Shown here piece after piece: positions 1 to 9,127 of a stretch of 64,000 nt of DNA (the stretch's first letter is position 1; each line of letters starts with the position of its first letter). The stretch is taken from the NCBI GenBank assembly GCA_046861385.1, contig JBHHTW010000005.1, positions 1-64,000 on the forward strand, in the 5' to 3' direction. Origin of the DNA: Fidelibacterota bacterium. Its GTDB lineage: Bacteria > Fidelibacterota > Marinisomatia > Marinisomatales > TCS55. The notes beneath the pieces are model-generated. The model searched no databases and had not been told where the DNA came from. It saw only the letters and a program-made list of their open reading frames with translations. Both the position numbers and the translations under genes were made by a program.

Positions 1-76
1 ATGGAAGATGGAGCATGGAAGATGGAGCATGGAAGATGGAGCATGGAAGATGGAGCATGGAAGATGGAATATGGAG
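1..76. repeat. Tandem repeat of ATGGAAGATGGAGC (14-bp unit built from 7-bp ATGGA(A/G)N subunits), truncated by the window edge
   Basis: Four exact 14-bp copies (1-56), a fifth variant ATGGAAGATGGAAT (57-70), then ATGGAG. Confidence 0.95.
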
Positions 77-128
77 TATGTTTAATGGAAAGTGGAAGAC
101 GAACTAAATAACCGAATTTGAGAACTAA

Positions 129-1058
129 ATGGAAGCAAGTATAACACTAAAAAAGGTCGGTAAACTCATAGGAGATAAGACCGTTCTGGCAAGCCTGACT
201 TTCGGAATTGAAAAAGGGTCACTGGTTGCTTTGGTCGGCGATAATGATGCAGGGAAATCAGCATTGTTAAAAGTTCTGGCTGGTTTGGAAAACCCTAATT
301 ATGGATCTGTCTTTTTGCACGGGCTTGACACGGATAAGCGACGGTTGGAAACCCGGAAAACAGTCGCTTACATTCCCCATGATGTTGATCTTGATCCATG
401 GTTGACTTTGGAACAGAATATCATTTTCGATGCACTTCTTTACAATATGCATAAAAAGGACATTGAGCCATTGATTCACGAATATGGAATTGCTCTGGAT
501 ATGGGTGATTTTATGTATTCCTTAGCCAGTGTTGTTCCAACAGGAATACAGAAAAAAGCTATGATCATCCGGGCATTGACGCATGATCCATCTATTATCA
601 TCATGGATGAACCAACTGCATTTATGGATGCTCCATCGAGACGACTTACGTGGGATTTAATGCGTAAATTTAAAGGAAGTAAAACGATAGTGTATTCGAG
701 CCAGTTTTTACCGGAAGTTGAAGCAGCCAACGACCGTATTATGGTTATATACGAGGGTCGGATTCTTTTAGACGGTAGTTTAGACAAATTACTGGAAAGC
801 ACACTGGAATATCATCAATTTGCGATTGAATTTGAGGAACTATCAGACAATATTTTTTCAACATTATCTGGTGTTCCCACTGTTGTAAATCCAACAAAAG
901 TGGGAAATACTTTTCATTTCTACGGTCGATCAAGAAAAGTATTTTTTGAAGTTTTAAACGCATGTGCCGGAGCCTTAATGACGGACTTATCCATTCAAAA
1001 ACTATCTCTTCAAGATTTATTGGACTCAGCTTTTGCTCAGAAAGGGATGAATGAATGA
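129..1058 (+). CDS. ABC transporter ATP-binding protein (ABC-2/DrrA-like, degenerate motifs)
   Basis: Walker A-like GDNDAGKS and Walker B IIIMDEPT; followed by a permease gene. Confidence 0.9.
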   Translation: MEASITLKKVGKLIGDKTVLASLTFGIEKGSLVALVGDNDAGKSALLKVLAGLENPNYGSVFLHGLDTDKRRLETRKTVAYIPHDVDLDPWLTLEQNIIFDALLYNMHKKDIEPLIHEYGIALDMGDFMYSLASVVPTGIQKKAMIIRALTHDPSIIIMDEPTAFMDAPSRRLTWDLMRKFKGSKTIVYSSQFLPEVEAANDRIMVIYEGRILLDGSLDKLLESTLEYHQFAIEFEELSDNIFSTLSGVPTVVNPTKVGNTFHFYGRSRKVFFEVLNACAGALMTDLSIQKLSLQDLLDSAFAQKGMNE

Positions 1059-1801
1059 AAGCATTCCTAATTAGAAGATGGTGGTTAATAAGGAATCGAA
1101 TAATATCTGCTGTCACCTTAGCATTGATTATCCCGAGTGTTTTATCGATTGTTACCGTTCTTGGAATTAAGAACGTAATCATCCGTAGTGTTAATGGACT
1201 TCCTTATGAATTATGGGTCATGCCGGGGCTATTTATGGTTATGGCAGCCATTTTGATTACGCCTTTGCTTTACAGAGATTTTTTTGATTTGCGTATCCAT
1301 CATAAGGTACTGACTCCAATGGTATTATCACCGGTAAGAAAATCACATATTGTATTAGGCATTTTAGTCAGCTCGCTTTTTGAAGTTGTGTTTACACTCA
1401 TAATCGGATTAATCATATATGGTTCAATTTTTCCCAATTCTGTTAATTTATATCAAAGTGTTTTGGTGGTATGCTATTCAATAATATTTGCAGTTCTTTT
1501 CGGAACGATCATTATATTGATTTCATTAGTCACTGAACGGATATCTGTTTTTATTTCTATTGTGCTGGTTTTACTAATTGTTTCCATGTTTGGGGGTGGA
1601 CTATTTATTGAACTTGAATTTTATCCGGTCACTTTGGGTAATTTATTTCGATATTTTCCTTTGACGATGGTAGGTATCGCCGGACGATCTCATTTATTTC
1701 AAAACTCATTGAGTTATTTCAATACAAGTATACCCATCATCATTTCTATTTTGTTGATAAATCTGAACGGTTATGTGTTAAAACGGAAAATGAGACAGTG
1801 A
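1055..1801 (+). CDS. ABC-2 type transporter permease
   Basis: About six hydrophobic segments; ATGA overlap with the upstream ATPase gene. Confidence 0.85.
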   Translation: MKAFLIRRWWLIRNRIISAVTLALIIPSVLSIVTVLGIKNVIIRSVNGLPYELWVMPGLFMVMAAILITPLLYRDFFDLRIHHKVLTPMVLSPVRKSHIVLGILVSSLFEVVFTLIIGLIIYGSIFPNSVNLYQSVLVVCYSIIFAVLFGTIIILISLVTERISVFISIVLVLLIVSMFGGGLFIELEFYPVTLGNLFRYFPLTMVGIAGRSHLFQNSLSYFNTSIPIIISILLINLNGYVLKRKMRQ

Positions 1802-2271
1802 TCGTATATCTCAGTGGGGCCATGGAGAATGCAATTGATGAGGGAGCCGATTGGAGAGGCGAACTTACCCAATGGTTAAAATCAGAATTAGACCATGACG
1901 TGATTGATCCTGTGATAACTTCAAAAGAATTGGTTGAGGAAAATAATGCTCAAAATTACCGGGATTGGAAAACATCGGATCCAGACCGATTCATTCAATT
2001 TGTTAGAAAAGCCATTAAATTGGATTTGAACAATGTCATGGATAAAGCAGATTACGTTATCTGTTTATGGACCCGGGAAGTCTTCACTGGCGGCGGTACA
2101 CATGGAGAGGTGACCATGGCCTATACCATTAATAAACCGGTTTACCTTGTGAATCAGGTTCCACAGGAAAAGTTTAGTGGATGGATTATGTCGTGCGCAA
2201 CTGAGATTTTCCCCGATTTTTCAACGCTGAAATCATTTTTATTGGAAACATATCGTTTCGGGATGGAATAG
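1798..2271 (+). CDS. Nucleoside 2-deoxyribosyltransferase-like protein
   Basis: N-terminal VYLSGAM, DLxxxxxADYVI and GGTHGE motifs typical of the NDT fold; GTGA overlap with the permease. Confidence 0.65.
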   Translation: MIVYLSGAMENAIDEGADWRGELTQWLKSELDHDVIDPVITSKELVEENNAQNYRDWKTSDPDRFIQFVRKAIKLDLNNVMDKADYVICLWTREVFTGGGTHGEVTMAYTINKPVYLVNQVPQEKFSGWIMSCATEIFPDFSTLKSFLLETYRFGME

Positions 2272-2279
2272 TTGTATTT

Positions 2280-3389
2280 ATGGTTGGACCAAAAGCATAT
2301 ATTCATCTTAATAGCCTTACCCATAATTATAGGATTATCAAGCAGCATTTAGATAATTCTCCAATCATGGCAGTGGTAAAAGCCAATGGCTACGGTCACG
2401 GTAGTATAGAATGCGCAAAAAAATTGGAAAAGGAGGGATGTACATTTTTCGCCGTATTTACATTCCAGGAAGCGCTGGAATTAAGGGACGCAGGAATAAA
2501 ATCTGATATTTTGGTTTTTTCCCGGATTCAAAAAGATATATTGGCTGAATCAGTCAATCAAAATATTATTTTAAATGTGTCCGGACAGAATGATTTTGAA
2601 TTATTGAATGAATTTTATGATGTATCCGGTAAAAGCCCGACCTTCCATTTGAAAATTGATACAGGAATGACCCGGTTAGGTGTTTCGTATGATTATGTTC
2701 ATGAAGCATACGATTGGTTGATGAGTAATCTTCATTTAAAGTGCGAGGGGATATATAGTCATTATGCTACGGCAGATGAAGGTGATATAAGTTATGCCCA
2801 ATGGCAATTAAATCGATTTAATCAAATGTTAATTCTAGCAGAAGATATGGGAATTCATTTTAAATATCGACATTTTTCAAATAGTGGTGCTGTTTTAAAC
2901 CTCCCAAACTCCAAATTTGATATTGTCCGAGTCGGTATGCTGCTGTATGGGGCATTCCCATCGGATGAAGTTCCTATAGATGTTGATATTAAACCAGTCA
3001 TGGAATTTCGTGGCCCGATTGTTGACACCCGAAGGATTAAGGCAGGGACAAAGGTTTCTTACGGTGGCGTCTGGGAATCTAAAAAAGATACTACGATTGG
3101 TGTGATTCAAACTGGATTCTCCGATGGGTTTCCCCGATCATGGTTCAAAGCTGGTTTTGTAGTTTATAAAGGAAAAAATTTTTCTATCGCCGGTAGAATA
3201 TGCATGGACCAGTTCATGGTAGATTTTGGCAATGAGGATGTCAATATTGGCGACGATGTACTTTTATTTGGCGAAAACAGCAATGAATCACTTCATATGG
3301 AAGAAATTGCTCAACAAATCCAAACTACGCCTTATGTCTTGATGACTGGCATTCACGGCCGCACAGAACGGATTTATTTGGAAAAGTAA
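2280..3389 (+). CDS. alr: Alanine racemase
   Basis: AVVKANGYGHG PLP-lysine motif, HLKIDTGMTRLG and GRICMDQ. Confidence 0.97.
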   Translation: MVGPKAYIHLNSLTHNYRIIKQHLDNSPIMAVVKANGYGHGSIECAKKLEKEGCTFFAVFTFQEALELRDAGIKSDILVFSRIQKDILAESVNQNIILNVSGQNDFELLNEFYDVSGKSPTFHLKIDTGMTRLGVSYDYVHEAYDWLMSNLHLKCEGIYSHYATADEGDISYAQWQLNRFNQMLILAEDMGIHFKYRHFSNSGAVLNLPNSKFDIVRVGMLLYGAFPSDEVPIDVDIKPVMEFRGPIVDTRRIKAGTKVSYGGVWESKKDTTIGVIQTGFSDGFPRSWFKAGFVVYKGKNFSIAGRICMDQFMVDFGNEDVNIGDDVLLFGENSNESLHMEEIAQQIQTTPYVLMTGIHGRTERIYLEK

Positions 3390-3415
3390 TAATTGGTAGT
3401 ATTTATTTAATAAAT

Positions 3416-3447
3416 TTTTCCTCTCCTTACCCTAAGGAGGAGGAAAA
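3416..3447. terminator. Probable terminator hairpin between the convergent alr and GFA genes
   Basis: TTTTCCTC-TCCTTA-ccc-TAAGGA-g-GAGGAAAA stem-loop in a convergent intergenic gap. Confidence 0.55.
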
Positions 3448-3472
3448 CGAAATGCAATTATAGTTCAATAAA

Positions 3473-3889
3473 TTATTCAAGCGGATCGTTGCCGACACTC
3501 CACTCGGAAAAGTGGGGAAGACCATCATCCAAATTGACCCAGTGAATACGACGTTTATCCCAAATATGCTTGGATGGAACCACTGCATTTGGATCATCAA
3601 AAGTGCCTACTGTGATATCGATAGTATCTTCTCCTATTCGATGATAACTGATAGATGAGCCGCATTGATTGCAGAATCCCCGCTCTACTTTATTATCTGT
3701 TAAATAGACGGTGGGATTGTGTTGAAGATAGATTATGTCTTTCTGATTTAATGCTGCCCATGTAACAAAAGGACCTCCCACAGACCGTTTGCAATTATTG
3801 CAGTGACAATGGACAACAACAATGGGTTCAGAAGAAATTTCGTAACGGATTTTTCCACAATAACATCCACCTGTCAGTTTATTACTCAT
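3473..3889 (-). CDS. GFA family (glutathione-dependent formaldehyde-activating / CENP-V-like) Zn protein
   Basis: GGCYCG, HCHCNNCKR and RGFCNQCGS motifs; start moved to MSNKLTGG at 3889. Confidence 0.92.
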   Translation of the reverse strand: MSNKLTGGCYCGKIRYEISSEPIVVVHCHCNNCKRSVGGPFVTWAALNQKDIIYLQHNPTVYLTDNKVERGFCNQCGSSISYHRIGEDTIDITVGTFDDPNAVVPSKHIWDKRRIHWVNLDDGLPHFSEWSVGNDPLE

Positions 3890-3903
3890 CCTTATCTTAC
3901 CTC

Positions 3904-4233
3904 CTATTTTTCCTGATCCTTGTCTGGGTTTCGGACCCAGGAACGCCGGTTTGTAAATGCCTGAATTTTTAATTCGGCCCATTCATTAATGATCTGTTTT
4001 AATTGTTCAACTTGCGCCGGTTTATCAGAAAGATGGGATTCTACAGATTCATGTAATTGTTTTTTCCGTTCTTGAACTTGACCATAGGTCATGATTTCCT
4101 CTTTCATACTGGATTCCTTTCCAGCATGGAGTACCTCTTTTTGTTTTTTAGCGCTGCCAAGCTTGGTTTTTCTACTATAAATAAATGCAAGTAAAATGAT
4201 AGCACCAATGAAAATTATCAGAATTGTATCCAT
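3904..4233 (-). CDS. Small single-TM membrane protein of unknown function
   Basis: N-terminal hydrophobic helix then a charged helical region; GGAG RBS-like sequence upstream; tightly packed between DASS and GFA genes. Confidence 0.75.
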   Translation of the reverse strand: MDTILIIFIGAIILLAFIYSRKTKLGSAKKQKEVLHAGKESSMKEEIMTYGQVQERKKQLHESVESHLSDKPAQVEQLKQIINEWAELKIQAFTNRRSWVRNPDKDQEK

Positions 4234-4245
4234 GACGATGATCTC

Positions 4246-5772
4246 CTAAAAACCGATTCCTGATGGATTAATACCCAAAATTCCAACCCAATAAATTATG
4301 ACCATCAAGGCCATCACAATTAACGCCGCCGGCCAACCCAATGAAGCCATACGAATAAAATCTTTGGATTCCAATCGACCACTGGCATAAACGATGGAAC
4401 TAGCGGGAGTACCGATAACAAGCCAATATGCCATGGATGTGGTGATGGCAAGACCTATTCCTACCAGAACTGGGTTTGTTCCTGAACTTTGAGCCATGTC
4501 GAGAACAACGGGCCCAATGACAGCTACCGTTGCACCTGCACTCATGAGGTTTGTGAGAATTGCGCCAATGATTCCCACCAATATAACGAGCCCTACACCG
4601 GAATTAAGACCGAGAGGCGCCACCAAATCGATAATTTGATCTGCAAACCAGCTCGATGCTCCTGTGGATTTAAATACACTCCCGAGACTAATACAACCGG
4701 CGTATAGAATAATGACTCCCCAACTGACTTTATCTTCGTAGTCTTTCCACGATGTAAATCCAAGTAACATATAAAGAACAGCGCCAAATATTGCAACGCC
4801 GCCCAATCCCAATGAAAAACCTAAAATACTTTTTGTAATTGATTTGTCAATTATCCATAAAATAACTACCATAAACATAATCAACGCAACGATGATTTGC
4901 TTTTGAGTCATTGGACCATGTTTTTCGAGATCCTTTTTCAAAAGATCCACTGCTTCAGTTAAATCATCAACTTCCGGTTTAAAGAGTAAGGGCAGGAGAA
5001 ATGCCATTACTAGGGTCATAACAGCCGTGTAAAAAATCCCCATCGTAACCCATTGCAAAAAAGATACTTCAATCCCAATATTGGACAAGAAACCAATCAT
5101 GAGTGCATTCCGCGCTCCGCCGGTGGGGCTCATAGGACCACCAATCATACAACCCACGGCAATGGTCACCATGAGCAATGTGCCTAATCTTGGTGCCGGA
5201 GTGGTTCGATTCGTTAACGTGAACAGGGCAATGGCGATGGGAACATACATCGCAGCCACAGCGTGCTCACCCACAAAGGCAGTTGGAACAGCAGTCCCGA
5301 TCAAAATACCTATCACGATCATTCGCGTTTTTGTTCCGGCCAGGTTGATGACCAGCATACCGACACGTTTATCCAATCCATATTTTACAAGCGTTGATCC
5401 CAGGGCCAGGGAACCGGCGATGAACCAAACGGCATCATGAGCGTAAGTGGAGACAATTCTGGTGGGTTCTGTGATGCCAAAGAATAGCTGAACCAAACCG
5501 ATAATAAGCGCCACAGCCGGCATGGGAATAGCTTCCGTAGCAAAGAAAATCACACAGGTTGCTAAGAGGGCGATGATCAGCTGAATATGGGTCGCTTTAA
5601 TGGAAATATCTACGTCTGTACTTCCGAAAATCTCCTTTGCTTTTAGCATCATGGAGTCCGGAAGCGGCATGACAAATGCAATTATAATAAAAAGGACCAG
5701 GCCAATGCCCAGCCATTTAAAATCGGTTTTTTTTGCAAATCCGCCTGATTGTATTTGATCTTGGTCTGTCAT
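4246..5772 (-). CDS. DASS/SLC13 family sodium-coupled dicarboxylate or sulfate symporter
   Basis: Many TM helices; SPTGGARNAL and VIGTPASSIV hairpin motifs; TNLMSAGAT. Confidence 0.9.
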   Translation of the reverse strand: MTDQDQIQSGGFAKKTDFKWLGIGLVLFIIIAFVMPLPDSMMLKAKEIFGSTDVDISIKATHIQLIIALLATCVIFFATEAIPMPAVALIIGLVQLFFGITEPTRIVSTYAHDAVWFIAGSLALGSTLVKYGLDKRVGMLVINLAGTKTRMIVIGILIGTAVPTAFVGEHAVAAMYVPIAIALFTLTNRTTPAPRLGTLLMVTIAVGCMIGGPMSPTGGARNALMIGFLSNIGIEVSFLQWVTMGIFYTAVMTLVMAFLLPLLFKPEVDDLTEAVDLLKKDLEKHGPMTQKQIIVALIMFMVVILWIIDKSITKSILGFSLGLGGVAIFGAVLYMLLGFTSWKDYEDKVSWGVIILYAGCISLGSVFKSTGASSWFADQIIDLVAPLGLNSGVGLVILVGIIGAILTNLMSAGATVAVIGPVVLDMAQSSGTNPVLVGIGLAITTSMAYWLVIGTPASSIVYASGRLESKDFIRMASLGWPAALIVMALMVIIYWVGILGINPSGIGF

Positions 5773-5860
5773 ATCTTATAAAAGGTCGGAATAAGACATA
5801 CTAAAGTACAAGTAGTAAATAATGTGCCATCTCATGCTGAATGTTACGCTCTAAATAATG

Positions 5861-5876
5861 TGTGATAAAACTCACA
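5861..5876. promoter_or_regulatory. CRP/FNR-family-like operator TGTGA-N6-TCACA
   Basis: TGTGATAAAACTCACA is an exact CRP consensus match, lying in the divergent gap between the DASS gene and the secreted-protein gene. Confidence 0.55.
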
Positions 5877-5975
5877 ATCCATATTGAAAAATATAGTTAT
5901 TTTAAGATATTATCAATGCATCGAAGATTAGTAAATAACTTTACTACTTAAGAATAAACAAATAAAAGGGTTATC

Positions 5976-8765
5976 ATGAAATACAATAAATATTTTTACA
6001 ATCATCTTTTTCCCATTATTTTACTCATGTGTTTTTCAACTTTCATTTTCGGTGTAGAAAAGCCGATATTAAAGCCTATCGATAAAATAGTTTCCAGCAC
6101 CGAGTCTGAAACATCACCGAAGGTAAATATAGAAAAGATTCAACAGTTACGATTATTGAAATATCAAAAAGAGCAATTGACAAATCAACAGGTGAATAAA
6201 AATGCTGCACCACAAAAAACATTTGTAAAGCAGGAACATAAATCCTGGCTTCCGAATAAAACACCCTCATTCCTGAAAAAACAACCTTTTTCAATGATTC
6301 CTCCCTTAAATCAACAATCAGTGGGTGCGATTGAAATCCTATTTAATGGTTCAGCAGATACTACATATCAGGTTGGGGATTCACTGACATTGACTATTAT
6401 TTTTTCTACTGGGGAAGATTCAGCGAGTATCGGGGGATACCTTGACAATGGCGACGGTGTATTGAATGATACATCAGATTTCTGGATTTTTGATGAAGGT
6501 AATATGTGGATATATGATGATGATTTCGAAGATGAGAATCCTGCTCCTGGAATTTATGAGATTACATTTTTTGTTGATTCGACTAATGATAAAGGTGATA
6601 TGTTTCCTTTTTCCATAGAAGGTGCTTCAATTTTCATTACTGCCACAGATGGTGGTGGAACTGCATCCGCTCACTTATCGATTGAAGGATTGGATTCTGA
6701 ATACTTAGTTGCCGGTGAGGTTATTCCATCGACAGGGAATTTCTTAGTATTCGCAATTCCTTTTTGGGGAATGGGAATGAATGCAAATGATGGACCTTCA
6801 GAAGTCTGGCTATCTGTAACTGATTCAACCGGAGCGTACTCCATTCATCTGCCGGAGCCTGGTATGTATTTTGTCATAGCAACGGACTTAGTTGGTGTGA
6901 CAGAACCACAACTATTCCCTATTTTATTCGGACAATCAGTAGAAATTGTTGACTCACTTATTGATGTTAATATACACCTGGTGGAAGCAAATGCATGGAT
7001 ATCTGGAAATGTTGAGGATCAAGAAGGTACTCCTATCAGCGGATTGACCGTTTGGGCTGAAAATGGCCCCTTCGCAGCGGATGCCGTGACTGATGATGCT
7101 GGATATTATCAGATAGGTGTAATGGATTGGCAAGATCCATTTGGTGATGGTTTTTGGGAGACGATGTGGAGATTTAATGTGGAAGAGTTAGAGCTTTGGC
7201 CGGCGTACATGATTCCTGAAGAAAGAGTTGTTTTTGTAAAAACGGGACATGATACAAACGATCCTGAATTTACCTACTTTACGTTGTATACAAATGATGC
7301 ATCTATCAGCGGAACTATTCAATTTCCATCGGATTTGGATGTGGGTTGTTTTGGTATTTACACGTACCATGACGAAAGACGAGTTTCAAACTGGATTGAT
7401 TTTTGTGATACTGACTTAACATCGCCCATAAGCTATACACTTCCCGTATCTTCTTACATAGATAGTTATGGAGAGTATTGGGTCAGCCTTTGGCCTGACA
7501 TAGGTTTTAATGACTTAATCATTATTCCAAATGGGTATATGACTTCTTCTGGAGCCACCGATATTGACTTTAATATGATTGCTGCTAATGCCTGGTTCGA
7601 AGGTCAAGTATTTTCAGCGATGGATGATTTTCCTATTGAACATGCGTTTATTCATTTCTATAATGATTCTATAGAAACAGGAAGCGGAACTGAGTATGGA
7701 GGATACTTTTCTGTACCTGTGCTCGGTAATATGTGGTATTCCATGGATGTTTATGCTGATGGATTTGAATCAATTCACGAGGATTCTATTTATATTAGCA
7801 ACGATGAAAATTATTGGCTGGATATCCCAATGCATTATGATGGAGGAGATTTCAACGGTCCCCATCTGTACGCAGTTAATGATGTGCCGGAAGATCAGGG
7901 AGGAAGAGTGAGAATTCAATGGAACGCTGGTGACCCCGGTTGGTGGAATAATTTTACCAGTTATAGTGTCTGGCGATTATTTATTGAACGAGATTCAGAA
8001 GAACCTAAATGGGATTTTATCAAAATGGTTCCTTGGCACGGTCAAGGTGATTACAGCACCATCGTTCCAACCCTTGGAAATGCCACTCCATTTGATACAA
8101 CCTGGTCTGTATTTATGGTTTCGGCTCATACAGATGATCCTAATTTCTTCTTGGATTCCAATCCCATGAAGGGATTTTCTGTGGACAATCTTCATCCGTC
8201 TCCACCCCTTGGATTGATGGCGTCTTTTAACAGTGGCACTGGACAAATTGGTTTGTCATGGCATCCTGTTCATGCTTCTGATTTTGATTATTATACGATT
8301 TATCGCGGTTTGTCAGAGGGATTTATTCCAGATGAACCATACGATCATACTATCGATACGTCATTTGTTGATGCTGGAGTAAGTGCCGGTGAACCCTACT
8401 ACTATGTTGTGACGGCAACGGATTTTAATGGGAACGAAAGTGGCCTATCCAATGAAGTAAATGCGACGTCAATGGGTACTGGTAACGAAGGAGTTATCCC
8501 GGATAAATATTATCTAGCTCAAAATTATCCCAACCCATTTAATCCGGTTACAACCATTTCTTTTGATCTTCCACGCAGTTCTAAGGTTACATTAACTGTG
8601 TTCGATATATTGGGGAATGAAATCAGTATTTTGGTAAATGATAATTTACCAGCAGGGCGGTATCGACATATGTTAAATGCATCTGATTTTACAAGCGGTA
8701 TATATTTCTACCGATTAGATGCTGGAGATTACCAGAAAACCAGGAAAATAATGATCCTGAAATAG
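5976..8765 (+). CDS. Large secreted protein with carboxypeptidase-regulatory-like beta-sandwich repeats, FN3-like domain and T9SS type A (Por) sorting domain
   Basis: Signal peptide; ISGNVEDQEGTPISG and TDDAGYY repeats; YYYVVTATDFNGNES; C-terminal LAQNYPNPFNP...SGIYFYRL...KIMILK. Confidence 0.88.
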   Translation: MKYNKYFYNHLFPIILLMCFSTFIFGVEKPILKPIDKIVSSTESETSPKVNIEKIQQLRLLKYQKEQLTNQQVNKNAAPQKTFVKQEHKSWLPNKTPSFLKKQPFSMIPPLNQQSVGAIEILFNGSADTTYQVGDSLTLTIIFSTGEDSASIGGYLDNGDGVLNDTSDFWIFDEGNMWIYDDDFEDENPAPGIYEITFFVDSTNDKGDMFPFSIEGASIFITATDGGGTASAHLSIEGLDSEYLVAGEVIPSTGNFLVFAIPFWGMGMNANDGPSEVWLSVTDSTGAYSIHLPEPGMYFVIATDLVGVTEPQLFPILFGQSVEIVDSLIDVNIHLVEANAWISGNVEDQEGTPISGLTVWAENGPFAADAVTDDAGYYQIGVMDWQDPFGDGFWETMWRFNVEELELWPAYMIPEERVVFVKTGHDTNDPEFTYFTLYTNDASISGTIQFPSDLDVGCFGIYTYHDERRVSNWIDFCDTDLTSPISYTLPVSSYIDSYGEYWVSLWPDIGFNDLIIIPNGYMTSSGATDIDFNMIAANAWFEGQVFSAMDDFPIEHAFIHFYNDSIETGSGTEYGGYFSVPVLGNMWYSMDVYADGFESIHEDSIYISNDENYWLDIPMHYDGGDFNGPHLYAVNDVPEDQGGRVRIQWNAGDPGWWNNFTSYSVWRLFIERDSEEPKWDFIKMVPWHGQGDYSTIVPTLGNATPFDTTWSVFMVSAHTDDPNFFLDSNPMKGFSVDNLHPSPPLGLMASFNSGTGQIGLSWHPVHASDFDYYTIYRGLSEGFIPDEPYDHTIDTSFVDAGVSAGEPYYYVVTATDFNGNESGLSNEVNATSMGTGNEGVIPDKYYLAQNYPNPFNPVTTISFDLPRSSKVTLTVFDILGNEISILVNDNLPAGRYRHMLNASDFTSGIYFYRLDAGDYQKTRKIMILK

Positions 8766-8774
8766 CGAAAATGG

Positions 8775-8816
8775 GACATTGCAAAACCTGATTCGTTCAA
8801 CAGGTTTTGCAATGTC
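8775..8816. repeat. Perfect 16-bp inverted repeat (REP-like or terminator hairpin)
   Basis: GACATTGCAAAACCTG-10 nt-CAGGTTTTGCAATGTC starting 10 bp after the stop codon; no clear U tract. Confidence 0.8.
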
Positions 8817-9127
8817 TTCGAAATATTATCACACTTGTCCAGAGGCAAGCAGATATCAATTTTGCAAACAATGTTGTACATTTATGGGAAACGAAAGATA
8901 TATAGTCACTTTAGATTTCATAGATTTTCCTGTTTGAGTCACTGGTTTAATTAAAAAAGAGATCATTCATTTTATCAAATTCCGGCGGAGCAAATCCAAT
9001 AATGATTTACATTCATAATATCTACTTTTAATTTGATTAAACAGTTCATAATAAGTAATCCAAATTTGTACTTTCGACCGGTATTATATTTATATTTAAA
9101 GACCATTAACTAAAAAGGACATTCATA

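Noticed and set aside
1-76. Possible CRISPR array
   Set aside because: The units are contiguous 7/14-bp repeats with no unique spacers, and there are no cas genes in the window.
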